NCBI GenBank assembly: GCA_042215815.1
Contig: JBDGUP010000035.1
Location: forward strand, 1-48,128
Length of the DNA: 48,128 bases
Source: Haloquadratum sp.
Lineage (GTDB): Archaea > Halobacteriota > Halobacteria > Halobacteriales > Haloferacaceae
Direction: 5' to 3'
Below the pieces are notes generated by a model that did not search any database, was not told where the DNA came from, and saw nothing but the letters and a program-made list of their open reading frames with translations. The position numbers were made by a program, and so were the translations under genes. This document shows positions 9,836-17,913 of this stretch, one piece after another; position 1 is the first letter of the stretch; each line of letters opens with the position of its first letter.

Positions 9836-11416
9836 ATGGCTGAACGAACGTTCGAACTCCCCGATCTCGGTGAGGGGATCGCCGAGGGCGAACTCGTCTC
9901 CTGGCTCGTCACAGCGGGAGAGACCGTCGAGCAGGACCAGACCATCGCCGAGGTCGAGACCGACAAAGCGCTCGTCGAGGTACCGAGTCCGTACGACGGG
10001 ACCGTCACGCGACTCCACCACGACGAAGGCGAGACCGTTCCGGTCGGCTCGACCATCGCCACGTTCGAGGTCGAAGGCGACCGCGCCGGCGACGAGGCGT
10101 CTTCTGCCGACGCGTCCGCGACGGCCGACGGCACCGACGCCGAGCCCGGAGCGACGGCCGCAGGCGACGGAACCGTCGCAACGACCGAGGACGAGTCGTC
10201 GGTCCCAGAGGGTCGGGTGTTCGCGGCGCCGAGCGTCCGCACGCTCGCGCGACGACTCGGAATCGACCTCGAAGTCGTCGAGGGTTCCGGCCCGGGCGGT
10301 CGCATCACGGAAGCGGACGTTCGCGCCCACGCCGGAGAGGCGCCGACCACGGAGACCGGAGAGGCGCCGACCGCGGAGACCGGAGACGGAGCGACCGTCG
10401 AGGGCGAACGCGGCGGCGCGACCGGCGGGGAGACAGCCGAGCGCGCCGACCGCGACCGGACCCTCGCGATGCCGGCGACGCGCCGGCTCGCCGAGGAACT
10501 CGGCGTCGACATCGATGCGGTGCCGGCGACCGAAGAGCGAGACGGCGAACCGTTCGTGACGCCGGAGGACGTCCGACAGTTCGCCGCGCACGCCGTCGAA
10601 ACGGCCGAGGCCGCGGCCTCCGGAGACACGACCGCCGAGGCCGCGGCGTCCGGGGAGACGACCGCCGGGGCCCCGACAGCCGATGCCGCCGGGGAGGCGG
10701 CCGGCGAATCGTCCGAGCTGTCCGGCGAACGTGTCCCGTATCGCGGGATCCGGCGCACGATCGGCGAGCAGATGGCTCGCTCGAAGTACACCGCGCCGCA
10801 CGTCGCCCACCACGACGAATTCGACGCGTCCCAGCTGGTCGAGGTCCGCGAGGAACTGGCCGCGGTGGCAAAACAGGAGGGAGTCAAGCTGACCTACCTC
10901 CCCTTCGTCGTGAAGGCGATCACGACAGCGCTCCAGGAGTTCCCCTACTTCAACGCCAGCCTCGACGAGGAGGCCGAAGAGATCGTCCTCTACGACGAGT
11001 ACAACGTCGGGATCGCCGTCGCGACCGACGCGGGGCTGATGGTCCCGGTCGTTGACGACGCCGACCGGAAGGGACTGAAACAGTTGGCCGAAGAGATCCG
11101 CGACCTCGCCGAGCGCGCGCGGAACCGCGAGATCGCCCCCGAGGAGATGCAGGGCGGGACGTTCACGATAACGAACGTCGGCGTCATCGGCGGGGAGTTC
11201 TCCGCGCCGATCATCAACTACCCCGAAGCGGCCATCTTCGCGATGGGGTCGATCGAGAAGCGGCCGTGGGTCGTCGACGACGACGTCGTCGCCCGGGAGA
11301 CGATGCGGTTTTCGATGTCCGTGGACCACCGGCTCGTCGACGGCGCCGACGTCGCCAACTTCGCGAACCGCGTGAAAGAACTGCTCGCCGACCCCTCGCG
11401 GCTGCTCTTGGAGTAG
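9836..11416 (+). CDS. 2-oxoacid dehydrogenase E2 (dihydrolipoamide acyltransferase)
   Basis: Lipoyl domain VETDKA, two E3-binding domains (AAPSVRTLAR, AMPATRRLA), catalytic SVDHRLVDG; acidic repeat linkers. Confidence 0.95.
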   Translation: MAERTFELPDLGEGIAEGELVSWLVTAGETVEQDQTIAEVETDKALVEVPSPYDGTVTRLHHDEGETVPVGSTIATFEVEGDRAGDEASSADASATADGTDAEPGATAAGDGTVATTEDESSVPEGRVFAAPSVRTLARRLGIDLEVVEGSGPGGRITEADVRAHAGEAPTTETGEAPTAETGDGATVEGERGGATGGETAERADRDRTLAMPATRRLAEELGVDIDAVPATEERDGEPFVTPEDVRQFAAHAVETAEAAASGDTTAEAAASGETTAGAPTADAAGEAAGESSELSGERVPYRGIRRTIGEQMARSKYTAPHVAHHDEFDASQLVEVREELAAVAKQEGVKLTYLPFVVKAITTALQEFPYFNASLDEEAEEIVLYDEYNVGIAVATDAGLMVPVVDDADRKGLKQLAEEIRDLAERARNREIAPEEMQGGTFTITNVGVIGGEFSAPIINYPEAAIFAMGSIEKRPWVVDDDVVARETMRFSMSVDHRLVDGADVANFANRVKELLADPSRLLLE

Positions 11417-11560
11417 TTTCGCGGGCGGATTCGGCACAGCCCGTCCCACATACCGGGACGGCGTCGGGATCGGTTTCCGCCGTGGTACCGGCGGCGTCCC
11501 GGAGTACGCTCGCCGCCGCGGACGGATGACTTTTTGAGCCGGGAGCGAGAGGGTGGCCGT

Positions 11561-12985
11561 ATGGTAATGGGCGACATCGCCACGGCGACGGACCTCCTCG
11601 TGATCGGGGCGGGACCGGGCGGCTACGTGGCCGCGATCAGGGGCGCACAGCTGGGACTTGACACGACGCTGGTCGAGAAGGACGCCTACGGCGGGACCTG
11701 TCTGAACCGGGGCTGTATCCCCTCGAAGGCGTTCATCCACGGCGCCGACGTCGTCCACGACGCGGCCACCGCAGAGGAACTGGGTATCCACGCCGATCCC
11801 GCAGTGGACATGAAACGGATGCAGGCCTGGAAGTCCGACGTGGTCGACCAGCTCACCGGCGGCGTCGAGAAGCTCTGCAAGGCGAACGGCGTCTCGCTCC
11901 TGGAGGGCACCGCGGCCTTCGAGGACGAACACACCGCTCGCATCGCCCACGGCGGCGAGGGACAGGGGATGGAGACCATCGAGTTCGAGCACGCGGTGAT
12001 CGCGACCGGGTCGCGGCCGCTTTCGATCCCCGGGTTCGACTTCGCCGACGGTCCGGTGCTCTCGTCGAGCGAACTGCTGGACCTGGAGTCGATGCCGGAC
12101 CGGCTCGTCGTCGTCGGCGCCGGCTACATCGGGATGGAACTGTCGACGATGCTCGCGAAGCTCGGCACGGACGTGACCGTCGTCGAAATGCTCGACGACG
12201 TGCTCCCGAACTACGAGGACGACGTCCAGCGGGTCGTCCGCCAGCGCGCCGAAGAGCTTGGCGTCTCGTTCCACTTCGGCGAGGGCGCGGCCGGCTGGGA
12301 GGAGCGCGGCGACGGCGTCGTCGTCGCGACCGAGACCGAAGACGGCGACCGCTCGGAGTACGAGGGCGACGCGGTGCTCGTCGCGGTCGGGCGCCAGCCC
12401 GTCACCGACACGCTGGAACTGGAGTCGATCGGCATCGAACCGAACGACGACGGCTTCATCGAGACGGACGACCGCGCGCGGACCGAGGTCGATCACGTCT
12501 TCGCCGTCGGCGACGTCGCGGGCGAGCCGATGCTCGCGCACAAGGCGAGCGCCGAAGGGATCGTCGCGGCCGAGGTCGCCGCCGGCGAGCCCGCCGCGCT
12601 CGACCAGCAGGCGATCCCGGCGGCGGTGTTCACCGATCCGGAGGTCGCGACCGTGGGGATGACGCGCGAGGCGGCCGCCGACGCCGGATTCGACCCCGTC
12701 GTCGGCGAGATGCCCCTGCGCGCGAGCGGCCGCGCGCTCACGATGGACGAGTCCGATGGGTTCGTCAGGCTCGTCGCCGACGCCGACAGCGAACTCGTCC
12801 TCGGGGGCCAGCTCGTCGGGCCGAACGCGTCCGAACTGATCGCAGAGGTCGCACTCGCCGTCGAGATGAGCGCGACGCTCGAAGACGTCGCCGGCACTGT
12901 CCACACGCACCCGACGCTCGCAGAGGCCGTGATGGAGGCCGCAGAGAACGCGCGGGGGCAGGCGATTCACACGCTGAACCGGTGA
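11561..12985 (+). CDS. lpdA: Dihydrolipoamide dehydrogenase (E3)
   Basis: GAGPGG FAD motif, GGTCLNRGCIPSK redox disulfide, GAGYIG, HTHPTLAE. Confidence 0.95.
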   Translation: MVMGDIATATDLLVIGAGPGGYVAAIRGAQLGLDTTLVEKDAYGGTCLNRGCIPSKAFIHGADVVHDAATAEELGIHADPAVDMKRMQAWKSDVVDQLTGGVEKLCKANGVSLLEGTAAFEDEHTARIAHGGEGQGMETIEFEHAVIATGSRPLSIPGFDFADGPVLSSSELLDLESMPDRLVVVGAGYIGMELSTMLAKLGTDVTVVEMLDDVLPNYEDDVQRVVRQRAEELGVSFHFGEGAAGWEERGDGVVVATETEDGDRSEYEGDAVLVAVGRQPVTDTLELESIGIEPNDDGFIETDDRARTEVDHVFAVGDVAGEPMLAHKASAEGIVAAEVAAGEPAALDQQAIPAAVFTDPEVATVGMTREAAADAGFDPVVGEMPLRASGRALTMDESDGFVRLVADADSELVLGGQLVGPNASELIAEVALAVEMSATLEDVAGTVHTHPTLAEAVMEAAENARGQAIHTLNR

Positions 12986-13020
12986 CCGTCGGGGGCGGTC
13001 GGGGCGCCGAGCGCGGGTCG

Positions 13021-13097
13021 AATCTAGTCTCGTTGCTTCCCGGTGATCGCCGTGAACGTGGGTGGCGACCACCGGTACACAGTGAGAGCAGTCAGTA
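13021..13097. mobile_element. Palindromic element, subtype 3 (degenerate left end)
   Basis: Closely similar to 45264-45346; inner stem CCGGTGATCGCC/GGCGACCACCGG; right end GTCAGTA followed by TCA. Confidence 0.75.
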
Positions 13098-13139
13098 TCA
13101 CACCCAAGGAACTTTCTTCTGTCGTGCGAGTGGTCGGGT

Positions 13140-14087
13140 ATGTCGCGAGCGCACTCCATCAGCCGCGTCGGTATCCACGACTGGGGAACGCATCCGTGTC
13201 CGCCCGAGCACCTGCGGGACCTGCTGTCGGACCGGGACGAACTCGACTGCGAGTTCGCGGTGTGTGAGGCCGGCGAGGCACCCGAGTTCGACGCCGTGGT
13301 GACGCTCTTCCACCACGACGAGTTCGTCGGCGCCGTCGAGTGGGTCCACGACATCCGATCGGGCTACGAGGACTTCCCCCTCGACGCCTACCGCGACGCC
13401 GGGACCACGGTGACAAACAGCACCGGGATCGCGGGCGACCTCGTCGCCGAGACTGTCACGGGTCTCGTCTTCTCGCTCGCGAAGGGGCTCTACCGGTTCA
13501 GAGACCAGCAACGCGACCGCGAGTGGGCGCGCCTCGACTGGCAGCGGCCCTTCGAGGTGAGCGGGGAGACGGCCTGCGTCGTCGGGCTGGGCGAACTCGG
13601 CGGGAGCGTGGCGTCCCGTCTCGGCGTCCTCGGGATGGACGTCGAGGGCGTGGACGTCCGGCCGGTCTCCGGGCTCGGCATCGACCGGGTCTCCGACCCC
13701 TCCCGGATCGAAGACGCCGTTGCCGACGCGCGGTTCGTCGTGCTCACGACGCCGTTGACCGACGCCACCCGGGGACTCGTCGACCGATCGGTGTTCGAGG
13801 CGATGCGCGAGGACGCCTACCTCCTCAACGTCAGCCGGGGGGCGGTCGCAGACCGGGGCGCCCTCCGGACCGCGCTCGAAACCGGCGAGATCGCCGGTGC
13901 CGCGCTTGATGTCTTCCACACGGAGCCGCTTCCCGAGGACTCGCCCCTCTGGGAGATGGACGACGTCGTCGTCACGCCGCACGCGGCCGCACAGGCCGAC
14001 ACGTACGGCGACCGGATCGCCGACCTCGTCGCGACGAACGTCGAGCGCCTCACCGACGACGGGACGCCCTGGAACCAGATCGTCTGA
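13140..14087 (+). CDS. ddh: D-2-hydroxyacid dehydrogenase (haloarchaeal Ddh-like)
   Basis: TNSTGI, GLGELG Rossmann motif, NVSRG (Arg), DVFHTEPL (Glu), TPHAA (His). Confidence 0.88.
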   Translation: MSRAHSISRVGIHDWGTHPCPPEHLRDLLSDRDELDCEFAVCEAGEAPEFDAVVTLFHHDEFVGAVEWVHDIRSGYEDFPLDAYRDAGTTVTNSTGIAGDLVAETVTGLVFSLAKGLYRFRDQQRDREWARLDWQRPFEVSGETACVVGLGELGGSVASRLGVLGMDVEGVDVRPVSGLGIDRVSDPSRIEDAVADARFVVLTTPLTDATRGLVDRSVFEAMREDAYLLNVSRGAVADRGALRTALETGEIAGAALDVFHTEPLPEDSPLWEMDDVVVTPHAAAQADTYGDRIADLVATNVERLTDDGTPWNQIV

Positions 14088-14299
14088 TCGCGGGTCCGTA
14101 TGGTATTCTGAGATGCCGAACAGGTATCGTCGTGAGACGAACAGGCGGACGATAGACTCGAAATTCATACCTGGACCGCCTCTCCGATCCGCTCGTCATC
14201 CGGTTTACGGCCGTCGAAACCGCGGCGCAGTTCCCACTCGCCACGAGTGTTCGCGAAATCTGTACAGTCGTTTGTATATCCTGATTCACCGTTGACCGA

Positions 14300-15070
14300 T
14301 CACGAGTGCGTCTGGTTCAGTTCGACGATGTTGGCCGCCCGGCGGAGTTCCGGCAGGATGTCGTTCTCGATCCGATCCTGTTCCATCCGGCTCACCGGCC
14401 CGGAGACGGACAGCGCGCCGGCGATGTCGCCGTCCGAGCGGACCGGGACCGCCACGCAGTTGAGACCCGTGATGCGCTCTTCCCTGTCGTAGGCGCACTC
14501 GCGCTCTCTGATCTCGTCGAGCGTCTCGAAGAGGTCCGCCCGATCGGTGATCGTTCGGTCGGTCTTCGCGGGGAGACCGTGCCGGTCGACGATGGCGTCG
14601 ACGCGGTCGCGCGGCAGGTACGCCAGGATCGTCTTGCCGAGCGCGGTCGTGTGCAGGTGGATGGACTCGCCGGTGTAAGAATCGAGGTTCACGGCGTCGT
14701 CGCCGCGTTCGCGCGCGAGGAACACGCCCAGTCCGTGCTGTTCGACCAGGAGATTGGCGCATTCGCCGGTCGTCTCGGCGAGTCGCTCGATCTCGGGGCG
14801 AGCGACGGCGTACAGCCGCTCCCGGGAGCGCGCGTAACCGCCCAGATCCAGGAACCGCAGTCCCACCTGGTAGGTCCTCCCGGACTCGACGACGTATCCT
14901 TCGTGTTCGAGCGTCCGGAGGTAGTTGTGCGCGCTGCTCTTCGACATATCGAGGGTGTCCGCGAGTTCGGTCACCGTCGCGCCGTCGAGCGCTTTGAGCG
15001 TCTCGACGATCCGGAACGTCGTCCGGGCGGTCTTCACGGGCGTCCGCGGTTCGGTGTTCTCGGTTTCCAT
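14300..15070 (-). CDS. IclR family transcriptional regulator
   Basis: VKTARTTFRIVETL HTH, TVTELADTLDMSKSSAHNYLRTL, LHTTALGKTILA, ALSVSGP; start METENT at 15070. Confidence 0.93.
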   Translation of the reverse strand: METENTEPRTPVKTARTTFRIVETLKALDGATVTELADTLDMSKSSAHNYLRTLEHEGYVVESGRTYQVGLRFLDLGGYARSRERLYAVARPEIERLAETTGECANLLVEQHGLGVFLARERGDDAVNLDSYTGESIHLHTTALGKTILAYLPRDRVDAIVDRHGLPAKTDRTITDRADLFETLDEIRERECAYDREERITGLNCVAVPVRSDGDIAGALSVSGPVSRMEQDRIENDILPELRRAANIVELNQTHS

Positions 15071-15072
15071 AT

Positions 15073-15106
15073 TTCGGGATGCGTGTTCGGGATGCGTGTT
15101 CGGGAT
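15073..15106. repeat. 13-bp tandem repeat TTCGGGATGCGTG x2.6 between the IclR start codon and a TATA-like box
   Basis: Units at 15073-15085, 15086-15098 and partial 15099-15106; ATTATAT follows at about 15107-15113. Confidence 0.8.
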
Positions 15107-15180
15107 ATTATATCTACTGTTCGTAAATAGTGGCAAGCCGTTTGGAATCGGCAGAGACGGGGCAGCAGCCCCCGCCGCCG

Positions 15181-15669
15181 CTATCGGACCTGGTAGACGG
15201 CGAGTCGCACGCCGTTCGGCTGTCGGGTCCCGGCGGCGACGAAGACGTTCCGCCTCAGCCACGCGAGGTCCGACGCCGGCGTCTCGAACTCCGGGACCGA
15301 ACAGAAGTAGACGTCGTCGGGGTCGACCGGCCGCCCGTCGCGGATGCGCTTGCTCGTCTCGGGGTCTGCGACCCGGATCCCCCGGTTTTCGACGTAGACT
15401 CGATCGCCGTCTGTCGTCTCGAAGGCGTACTTAGCGACGAGTTCCGTGGGCCGCCGGTCGCGGTAGAGCTGGTAGTCGGCCCCGGCTTCGAGCACCGTGC
15501 CCTCGATCCGGCCGGACACGGTGCCGCCGAGGATGGGAATGATCCGGCGCTGGCCGTCGCCCGTCGCGCCGATCTCGATCGGTGATTCGACGTCGATGTC
15601 GAGTTCGAACACGCGTTCGAGCCCGAGTTCGAGGTTCGGGTCGTCAGTCTGCCACCTGTCGTCGACCAT
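15181..15669 (-). CDS. DUF3237 (UPF0311-like) protein
   Basis: GQRRIIPILGGTVSGRIEGTVLEAGADYQ, YVENRG, PEFET...WL pattern; start MVDDRW at 15669. Confidence 0.8.
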   Translation of the reverse strand: MVDDRWQTDDPNLELGLERVFELDIDVESPIEIGATGDGQRRIIPILGGTVSGRIEGTVLEAGADYQLYRDRRPTELVAKYAFETTDGDRVYVENRGIRVADPETSKRIRDGRPVDPDDVYFCSVPEFETPASDLAWLRRNVFVAAGTRQPNGVRLAVYQVR

Positions 15670-15761
15670 ACGCGGTCTGCTCTCGGGAGCGACATAATCG
15701 TTGGGTGGGTCCTGTCGGATACACCTCTGTGACAGATATCGCATCTCGTGTCGATGTCTGA

Positions 15762-15842
15762 TATTGTCTATTGCCACTGTGTACCGCTGGTTCGCCGCCC
15801 CCGTTCCGGCGAACCAGCGGTACGGACTGACAATAGACAGTA
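15762..15842. mobile_element. Complete palindromic element, subtype 1, flanked by a TGA direct repeat
   Basis: TGA|TATTGTCTATTG...CAATAGACAGTA|TGA; perfect inner stem GTACCGCTGGTTCGCCG/CGGCGAACCAGCGGTAC; inverted copy of 28620-28697. Confidence 0.88.
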
Positions 15843-15884
15843 TGAGACGGGTGCAGGCGAGCGATACCGGTCGCGTTTCGAAAC

Positions 15885-16145
15885 CGAGATAACATTAGTA
15901 CATATGTTACCGTTTGAAAGAATATATAATATTTTAAATATACATACTGAATTGTAATTTCTGACCGGTTTCTTCGAACTATACTCGTTAAATATATTTA
16001 AGATATAATTTTTGTAAATATAACTCGAAATTAACTATATATACTATCAATTCACATTTTTGCGCCGTTTTGACTCTTCAGTCACTTCACTTTTACATTT
16101 GTATCCTGGTATATATACAATATACTCAGAATTTGAATATATGAG
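15885..16145. other. Strongly AT-rich non-coding segment
   Basis: Long A/T runs, a perfect 14-bp palindrome TTAAATATATTTAA at 15988-16001, and no credible ORF. Confidence 0.7.
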
Positions 16146-16151
16146 TTGCGA

Positions 16152-17126
16152 TCAGAACAGGGCGTCGGACGCAGAGAGGATTCGTGCCGGCCCGCCGACC
16201 TCCCAGACGTCGGTCTCGACGCCGACGTCCGCGACGGCGGCCTCCACCGCGTCGACGTGGTCGACGGTCGTGTTCACATAGACGCTGGCGCCGGTGTCCG
16301 TCGAGAAGTACACCGGGACGTCGCGGTCGGCCCGCAGTTCCCTGACGGCGTTGAAGACGGCGATGGTGTCCGGCTGCCAGTAGACCCAGCCCGCCGGGCC
16401 GGTCATCGTCGTCGCCGTCAGCGACAGCGAATCGTGTTCGGCCAGCTCGAACGCCCGGTCGAAGTCGGCGTCGTAGAGCGCATCGCGCATCGCGTCGATC
16501 TGGTGGTGGACGTGGGCCAGCCGGGCTTGGAACATATGGCTCTGGGCCGCCTCGCGGTGGGCCGCTTCGGTCTCCTTGTAGGCGGGGACGTGCGCGGCGA
16601 CGATCCGGAGGTCGTCTTCGAGGTCGGTCCGGATCCGCTCGGACCGGCAGTCGCGGTCGTTCATCCCCGAGTACAGGTGCGAGAACGCGCCCGTGACCGC
16701 CCGGGCGGCCGACGACGAGCCGCGGCGGGCGATCGTCGAGATCTCCGGCCGCGACAGCTCCAGGCCGGCGGCCTCAGCGAGCGCCATCGCCGCCGCGGCG
16801 AACCCCGACGACGACGAGCCGAACCCGATGTTCGAGGGGAAGGAGTTCGCCGACTCGAGCCGGACCGGGTGGTCGATCTCCGCGAGGTCGCGGACGCGCT
16901 CGACGACGGCGTCGATGCGCTCTGCGCCCCGCCCCTCGACGCGCTCGCCGCCGATCAGGTAGACGTCGTCTGCCGCGTCGGGCTGGAACTCGACGGTCGT
17001 CGTCGTCGCGCTCGGTGCGGTGCAGACGCTGATGCTGTCGTGGTACGGGAGGCGGCGTTCCTCGTCGCGCATCCCGTGGTACTTGATCAGTCCCTGGATC
17101 GGGTGCGCCTTCGCGGTCGCCTTCAT
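16152..17126 (-). CDS. mvaD: Phosphomevalonate decarboxylase (haloarchaeal MvaD/PMD, GHMP family)
   Basis: AHPIQGLIKYHG, SFPSNIGFGSSSSGFAA GHMP loop, RRGSSSAAR, STDTGAS. Confidence 0.93.
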   Translation of the reverse strand: MKATAKAHPIQGLIKYHGMRDEERRLPYHDSISVCTAPSATTTTVEFQPDAADDVYLIGGERVEGRGAERIDAVVERVRDLAEIDHPVRLESANSFPSNIGFGSSSSGFAAAAMALAEAAGLELSRPEISTIARRGSSSAARAVTGAFSHLYSGMNDRDCRSERIRTDLEDDLRIVAAHVPAYKETEAAHREAAQSHMFQARLAHVHHQIDAMRDALYDADFDRAFELAEHDSLSLTATTMTGPAGWVYWQPDTIAVFNAVRELRADRDVPVYFSTDTGASVYVNTTVDHVDAVEAAVADVGVETDVWEVGGPARILSASDALF

Positions 17127-17211
17127 ACCTCGACGCGCGTGAGACGGCGGGTTAAACGTCCCGGTAGCCCGAGCGCCGCGGTGACTGCGCCGCGTCCGCG
17201 CCGCCGCCGAG

Positions 17212-17655
17212 CTAGAGTCCGATCCCGACCGCGTAGGGCCACGCCGTCCCCGAGAGCGCGAGGAAGACGAGCGCTCCGCCGAGGAGTGCGACGTTCTTCA
17301 GGAAGTTCGTCATCTCCGATTGCTGCTGGTCTTCCGGCACGGCCCAGAAGTCGTGCATCGTCGGCGTCGCGACGACGAGGAAAAGCGCCACTGCCCCGGC
17401 GGCCAGCGCGGGAAACGCGCCGACCGCGATGCCGAGACCACCGAACAGGAGCATCCCGCCGCTGAAGACGACGGAGAATCGAGGCGCGGGAACGCCCTTC
17501 GCGTCCGCGTAGCCGGTCATCCCGTCCGCGTCGAGGAAGTGGTTCAGTCCCATGAACGCCAGGACGGCGCCGAAGAGCACGCGTCCGAGCAGGAACGCGA
17601 TACCTGTCGATCCGGCAGCCAGTTGCAGTACCGTCGTCGAGCCATCTGATATCAT
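17212..17655 (-). CDS. DoxX family membrane protein
   Basis: GRVLFG...GLNHF, MHDFW, FLKNVALLGGAL; four TM helices. Confidence 0.88.
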   Translation of the reverse strand: MISDGSTTVLQLAAGSTGIAFLLGRVLFGAVLAFMGLNHFLDADGMTGYADAKGVPAPRFSVVFSGGMLLFGGLGIAVGAFPALAAGAVALFLVVATPTMHDFWAVPEDQQQSEMTNFLKNVALLGGALVFLALSGTAWPYAVGIGL

Positions 17656-17913
17656 TACGATATCTGGTTTGGATACGAATCCATATATCAGTTCCCGGAC
17701 CCGGACGTCACCGGGTTACACCCGTGTAACGGGCGAGATATACTGTCGGACGAGGACGTCGGTTCTGAACCGCGACCGTGTTTGTAGAAATTTACAATAC
17801 CTTATATAGCGGGCGTCCGTCGGACGAGACACAGGACGTGTTCCGTCCTGGGCGTCGGCGACGCGCCCCTCCGGGCGTCGACGGATCCCGGGACGGCAGA
17901 ACTGGTCTCCGCT

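Noticed and set aside
10332-10665. Short tandem repeats inside E2 (GEAPTTET x2, AEAAASG(D/E)TT x2)
   Set aside because: Ordinary low-complexity linker expansions in E2 proteins
9776-13354. Very long antisense or alternative-frame ORFs (also 17716-21660, 25053-28511, 3151-5529, 17778-20057)
   Set aside because: Shadow ORFs expected in high-GC DNA opposite well-supported genes; Arg/Gly/Val-rich with no motifs
15885-16145. Replication origin (DUE) interpretation of the AT-rich patch
   Set aside because: No convincing ORB repeats with G-strings and no adjacent orc1/cdc6 gene
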